DNA of 64,000 bases from Spizellomyces punctatus DAOM BR117 (lineage: Eukaryota). The notes under the pieces are model-generated. The model was not told the DNA's origin and searched no databases. It saw nothing but the letters and a program-made list of their open reading frames with translations. Positions 57,759-64,000 of this stretch are shown piece after piece (positions within the stretch are counted from its first letter, which is position 1; each line of letters begins with the position of its first letter). The position numbers and the translations under genes were made by a program. The stretch lies in the NCBI GenBank assembly GCA_000182565.2, contig KQ257451.1; one strand, 5' to 3'.

Positions 57759-60700
57759 TCATCGCCATGGCCTGGGATTCGGCACCTGCTTAAGGCGTCA
57801 GTAGCCATTCAAAAGTCAACAATCTGTATTTTGGAACTTACAGGATAGGTCCACTTGGGTTTGTTAAGTGGCTTATTGCCCAATGTTTTGACAGCAGCAT
57901 CTCGCGGCGCATAAAAGCTAGTTAAACTGAGGCCAAATATGCTGATATCTGCTTTGTACATCTCGGCTTTGTCATTTACAACAGATATCTGCTGTTTGCG
58001 ACCCTCGGTGCGTGTTTCAGAATTATCCGGGTCATCATTGATCTCTCCCTCAGCGTCCTCCTTGTCGTTGGCGTCCCTTGTGCCATGGGTGACGGGTTTA
58101 CTTTGTCGACGCGCAAGCATATCTGCTTGACTGCGACCTCGTGGCACTGCAAGACGATTCACCGACTCAGTCAAGGCTTTGGATAGCCGAGGCATTGAAA
58201 GCGTATTTGATGCGTTGCGGCGCGTGGCTTTTCGCTTCCGTCGTCGTGGTTTGACTGCGTCTCCTGCCTGCACATCTTCTAGAGAGACAAATTGCGGATT
58301 GTCCTCGGACACCTCTTCTGGAGTTGGTGGAGATTCTGGCGCCAGATGAAAGCTGGCAATAAAAATTCCGTTTCCAGTTGATTCAGTTGGAAGGATCTTG
58401 AAGCATTCCTCTGCAGGGAAAACGTATATCAGCATACCGACGCCATTTGTCGTGAAGAGCCAACAGCTCACGTACCTAATTCATATTCCTCTGTTCTCTC
58501 CACTGCAACATCGGGCAATACACATCCCAGCTCCCATTTATCACCAACGGCCTCCAGAGTTTCGCGAACAACTTGTTCATTTTCCTCCGCGTTTACAGAT
58601 CGGGTTATATACAATATCACTTTGACATTAGGAACTTTGAAAGTGATCGTATTCTGTGTTACTCTTTGAGACCGTATAGGCGCTGTTCGCTGCGTACCCA
58701 CATGAAAAGGCATGTTTCAACATTCCTAGCTGCTGGCTTCTGAGTGACCACAGATCCTTTTGGGTGTATTGGTCATTTGGAAATTCTTGAAATGGGAGAA
58801 ATTAAAATGCGCTTTGGAAGAGGGTTACAATCGAACACAAGCTTACCTTCCTCCTGGAGAAGATAACCAAGTTTATCCAAAATTGCGGTTGCAGAATTAG
58901 GTGGCTCCACAACGACCACTGAGACCTACGTTGGAAGCACTTGAGTTTGCTTTACCATGCGGCCTCACCACAAATAACCACAAACCTTTTCATACTTCGA
59001 ATCGAGGGGATCAAGATTTGTGAAATCAGACTCGATGATTTCCAAATCTGCGAGGCAGTATCAGATTCCGTTGATATCATAACAGCAGTCTCTTCAATTG
59101 TTATTTCACTTACTCTGACATCCCTGCAGTCCCCAATGTGCTTTGAACGATTCTAATCGACCAGCCCTGGCTTCACATGCAAAGACCTTTCCAATGACAT
59201 CAACCTCTACCGCCAGATGCAGCGCCCTAGTACCTATATATCTGATTAGTGACCTTTGCTACAGGAAACGAGGGGGAGGGAGGAAGAAAAATGGTATCAC
59301 ACTCACCACAGCCTGCTCTAGCATCGAGTATCTGTACCTCCCCTTGCGACGCTAACTCTGGCAGTAACGAACGGATGTAGCGAGGGCACCAAAAACTCGC
59401 CTTTTCCTGATACGTCCACCGTTAGAACGATGGCCAGTCATTGCTAGTGGATCACGTCAACTACCTCAAAAATCAGCTTTCCATCATTAACAATCCTGCT
59501 TGCTTTAATCTCAGCGAATCGCTCTGGTGACACAACTAAAAGGTCCTCAAAGTCCGGATCAACCACTATATCGTTTGAAGCACTAAAAGAAGTTGAGATA
59601 AATTCACCAAATTGTAAGATTCATCGCGGCTTACTTAATACTGCTCCGTGATCGGGTGAGCTCTTCCAAGATCGCTCGCCGAGTCGTCTTGTACTTGTTT
59701 ATCCGAAGGCATTTTGGCATGTCCACTATCAGTGAGTTGGAGGTTATATACAGTAAAATGCGATGCAATAGCCCTGTCACTCCTTGTACGCAAGATATTT
59801 CTCCCCGGTATTCTGACAGTCCGGGTCATCCCACATGGTCACCAGCAGCTTACCTGCAATATATTCTTTCTCCCGAACAGTCTCTGGCAGAACGTTTGCC
59901 ATTTGCTCCTGTGGTGTGTCACCGCTAGCCCTTCGGTCAATCCTAATTCGCGCATACGCAGCGGCGAGCTTGATTTGGAAAGCGCGGAGTGCTGTATCAA
60001 GACTTTGCACAACTTCCACCCCCTCTTGATCGGATGAGGATGCATCTTTCGGAAGATCATAATTTATATCTGGGTATCGATGATGATTGAAATGGTATTT
60101 CATGAGGTCGTACATCATAACTTTGACTAGACCAAGGTGGTTGAGGAACTGAACTGGTAGGTGAGAGCCTCATACGTAGAATTACGGTCTAGAAGCGGCT
60201 TACCTCGTTATGATATACTAGAAACTGAGTTTTAACCAGTATTGTATCAATGTATGTCATATCTGAATTATGCAGCAGTGGGCAACATGAATCAATAAAA
60301 GCTAATGCAATAACTGACTTACATTTCATCGTTCCATACACCAATTTTAAAACCTTATCCCCCATGTTCTCTCTCCAGATAGCCGCATGATCCACTTGCC
60401 CTGATTTAGTCCGCTTCAGTGGGGCAGCTCCAACGAATACGCTCTCGTTCACGATATTCTCGAGAGTTTCGGCTGCAACTAAGAATTCCCCAAAATTATG
60501 TGATTGGTTATCGTCGAGGTCTTCCATGAGCGAGAGAGATTTGCGCAAATTATTTTCGGACGCTGCCATATTGCTTGATGTTCTTCGGGAGAGGTTGGAA
60601 GCGGATGCACCACCGGGCGCTAATGATATCTCCGAATGGTAAGCGCGAAGGCTGTGAGACCGTTGCTGACTATGTAGGCCTGCATGAGGAAGTGTTTGGA

Positions 60701-60829
60701 GGGAAGATTTATGCATTTTATCTTGATCTTTACTGAAGGAAACTTCAAAAAGTTCAAGCATTCGGGTTGGAACAACGATGCTGAATCAGCCGATAGGTAA
60801 GCGCTTGGGTAAGCATAATATGTTGCCAT
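57759..60829 (-). CDS. NSUN7: NSUN7-like NOL1/NOP2/Sun family protein, multi-exon
   Basis: YIDTILVKTQFL, VMMYDL, IKLAAAYARIRI, DPDFEDLLVV, AFKVPNVKVILYITRSVNAEENEQVV, FKILPTESTGNGIFIA. Confidence 0.72.
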
Positions 60830-60899
60830 GGCAAATTCAAAGTGCGATGCTCTCAAGCCAGGGTTGCTCTGAACGAGCTCTCGTAGCAAGCACCACACC

Positions 60900-62688
60900 A
60901 TGTCAACGAAAAAGCGAAAGGTTGTAGAAGGCGGTTCTATCAAGCCAGCGACCTTTGACAATGACACGAACGACACACCCCTTCTAGGTGGGTACTTGTG
61001 CCAACAAGAAACAAAACATTCTTGACTGACAAGTGGGCTTTCCAGTCACCCTCCCAGACTTCCCAACGAAACCCCATTCTGTCAAATTTCAAACATTTGT
61101 ACGTGGTGAAAATGAGTCGGGGGCTGTACGGAAGAAGCGTCGTATTGTGGTGGGCCAAACCTCGAAACTTGAATATGTTGGAGATAATGCTGGGAACAAG
61201 CGCTATTGCCGGTATAGTAACGTTGTCACATAGAGGACGAGGTGCGAGAAGCTCAGCTACTGTATTATGCAGATATGTCATCGGTGTATTTGATAAGAAC
61301 ACCAAGCAGCTCACGCTGCGTGAATCCGATGCATTTCGCATGGCCACAACAGTCAAAACACTCAAGCGGCACGAATCTAAGCATATTGCGGAGAAGGTGG
61401 GTACTTGGCGGCACAGATGGCATTCTTCAATATGTTATGCTTACAATAGCCGCTACTCTCTGTAGAATATGCTCGCACGAAATGCCCTTGGTGAGGCCTT
61501 TGGAACAAAGAAGCGTCGTCAAGCCATCCGAGCACTGGAGAAGAACGTAGTTGATGTGCGGGGCATGGCGGAAGTTGAGGATGTAATAAAGGGCGCCATT
61601 GACGAAAAGGCGGCAACGCTTCCGAGCAGGGGTGAGTATCTGAAGGTTTGCTATATGCTCATGTTTCAGGAGATTGCTCACAGCTATCTGCTATGGCAGA
61701 GGAGATTCGGCAAGAGGCACAGCTCGACAGGTGTATACCGCCTTACAACCTTCAGGTACTGTGTATTGTACCGTGGACATGAATTGTCATTGACGTCCTC
61801 ATTTGGCTCATACCTGTTCATTCGCCAGGCTCAATCCCCCGCCGATGTGTACAACGTGGAGGACATCATAACTCCCGCGGAACTCCAAGCGATTCCCTTC
61901 AAGCAGATATGGAGAGCCAGATCTGCATCTGACGTTAAGGAGCTTCTCGAGCCCATATCGTATGTTTCACCCAATTTGCAGTTTCTGATTCTGTTCTGGC
62001 CATGCTGACTTGTCCATTACAAGGCCTACATCATGGGTTTGGGACAAGATTCACGTTTGTCTACAGGTCAAGGATGATAGCGTCAGGATGCGGAGGGTGA
62101 ATACTGTGTGCTTACGAGTGCCCTGTAGTAACTGCATTAACCACTGTGCACTTCCCTTTAGCTCATTTATCTTGCGTATCTGATGAAATTCCATGGTTTC
62201 AAAGACAAGGATTTGAACAGCCAGGCAGTTGGAAAGAGGCTCGGAGGAGCACCGCAGATTGTTGCGGAGAGGCTGATGAATGAATTCACAGAGTTTCAAG
62301 AAGATGAGGGAAGGAGACGGTGAGTTGAGCTCTCGCATTGTGCTGTACCCTGCTATGCAGTGCTTATCGAAGTTGTATGTCAGATATCGAATGTCGCCCA
62401 AGTTGCAAGATAAGCTGCGAGCTTACATATTGACTTTATGCCTGATTCTCAACGACTTCAAGGTGGACGCCAGTCAAATAGCACGGGACTTGGGTATAGC
62501 AGTCAACAAGTAAGTCCAGAATATGCCAACCCCGCCGCCAGAGGTTTAACTGACGGGCAACCGCTAGAATGAACGACATTGCAAAAGAATTGGGATGCAA
62601 ACACCAACAAGTCAAGAACGCCGAAGGCAAATCGACGAAGAGGATGGCGCTCACTGTTCCTCTTGTCTTCCCACAAAGAACACGTTGA
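60900..62688 (+). CDS. RPA49: RNA polymerase I subunit A49
   Basis: VGQTSKLEYVG, YVIGVFDKNTKQL, ARNALGEAFGTKKRRQAI, IPPYN, DVYNVEDII, KLRAYILTLCL, AKELGCK. Confidence 0.9.
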
Positions 62689-63096
62689 AGAGGCTTTCTC
62701 TATGGTGGGCCGGTGCTCATGACTATAGATTCAATGCATATATAATTAGCGCCGATGTGAAAATCAATAGACTTGGGTTCGAAGTCTTATTATTTTCCAG
62801 TTAGCCCATTCTGAGTCCCCCGGATGTTTTACATGGAATGATGCGCTATCCTGGGAAAAATATATACGGTTCACAATTTGCCGGGTAGCGTCTCCTGGTG
62901 CTTAACTAGTAGTCATGAGCAGTAGGGACCTGCTCCTCACATCCAAAGGTGTACTTTTGGAGTGGGTATGCTCTAGACCAAGCTGTAAAAGCTCAAATCT
63001 AATGCAATAAGTAGCACAGCGGTAGGGGATGCTGTAGTGGATGTTCTTGTTATTTGATTCAAATATGAATTATCCAGTCGCTTCTCTGCGATCCTA

Positions 63097-64000
63097 TCAT
63101 TTGAGTCCCAATCCACCTATTCTCTTCGTCAAAAAGGCCACATCCTCGTCATCATTTTCACAGCCCATGACCAGAGCATCACCAAATTCAGCGTCTGTTT
63201 TGTTCTGTTTACTGATCTCCGACACAACAGGTCTCGGGGACAGAGCGCGGTCTCCGTCCAGCGTGTGATCTAAAGAATAAACCATGTATTTGTTCTTCTG
63301 TTTGTTTTTAGATTTTGATGTGGATACCATCGGGTAATTGTTCACGGGAATTGGTTGGTGGCAATTTCTGTTTCGCAGACTTTGGGGCGGGGCGTTTTCT
63401 TTGACGGTGGACGGCAATTTAACCCCGTTTGATTTTTCACTTTGAGCAGTGGGCAAAAGAGATACCCAGGAAGCTTTTAAGGTCCCTCCGACGGATTTCG
63501 TGGAACTACAATGAGATGTGATCAGTGAATTCTGATTCGAATCTTGCAGCGGCATCACGGACAAGGTGGCTCCTATGGATGGTGGGATATGTTCCCCGTC
63601 TTCATGCGATCTCATATGTGCTCTCAAAGTCTTTCGTTTTCCAATGGCGTCACCGTGACCTGCATTCGAGCGGCATGGCGGATCCATGCTTCGTTGCAAT
63701 TGCTCGGCAGTCAGCCCACTGTCGGTCTTCAGAGAAGTATCCTTCGCAATTCTGGTATCCTTCTGGTTCACGGAATGACCTTGTGATAACACTTCCACTG
63801 TCGCGGCTTTAACCAGATCTCGTGTGAGCATCTTCCTCAATCGCGGTTTTATTGTTGCCGTCTCCGTGCTATCTTTTCCCTTTAAATCGGCCCGCGTTGC
63901 CTTATTTACACTATTCTCATCGTTCTGCGATTCATCGGCCTGCATTTCCACCATTCCATGCGACGTAGCTGCAATGGTTATGTCATTCCTGCGAGCTTGA
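63097..64000 (-). CDS. Hypothetical low-complexity protein, last exon (5' part outside the window)
   Basis: Open frame of at least 285 codons, Ser/Lys-rich, no recognisable domain. Confidence 0.45.
   Translation of the reverse strand, partial: QARRNDITIAATSHGMVEMQADESQNDENSVNKATRADLKGKDSTETATIKPRLRKMLTRDLVKAATVEVLSQGHSVNQKDTRIAKDTSLKTDSGLTAEQLQRSMDPPCRSNAGHGDAIGKRKTLRAHMRSHEDGEHIPPSIGATLSVMPLQDSNQNSLITSHCSSTKSVGGTLKASWVSLLPTAQSEKSNGVKLPSTVKENAPPQSLRNRNCHQPIPVNNYPMVSTSKSKNKQKNKYMVYSLDHTLDGDRALSPRPVVSEISKQNKTDAEFGDALVMGCENDDEDVAFLTKRIGGLGLK

Overview
This is gene-dense, intron-rich eukaryotic DNA with short GT-AG introns. It is most likely from a flagellated chytrid fungus (Spizellomyces-like), given fungal housekeeping genes alongside cilium-associated TTC12 and NSUN7. 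About 27 protein-coding genes are present: myosin-I 3' end, AVL9, COPE, a P-loop protein, ABC-F, CBR1, DSK2, a hypothetical, BLOC1S1, a DHHC palmitoyltransferase, SYN8, PARN, polo kinase, TTC12, BSD2, SAC3/GANP, MOB4, acetate kinase, GAPDH, ASCC3/SLH1, a WW protein, COQ3, CIA1, UBC1, NSUN7, RPA49 and a partial ORF. The standout is two diverged copies of a ~0.7 kb non-coding element at 14805-15518 and 55745-56435. Each has 30-bp terminal inverted repeats ending in TA, a minus-strand TATA box, and a near-invariant 76-nt structured terminus carrying a compensatory base-pair change. That terminus closely resembles my recollection of the Spizellomyces Fanzor1 omegaRNA scaffold, and copy 1 is flanked by CATA, the SpuFz1 TAM. 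I interpret both as Fanzor 'ghost' loci, i.e. protein-less guide-RNA cassettes whose guides come from flanking host DNA (DSK2 5' UTR; antisense CIA1 3' UTR). No Fanzor or transposase ORF is in the window. Gene spans were read by eye, include introns, and exon boundaries are approximate.
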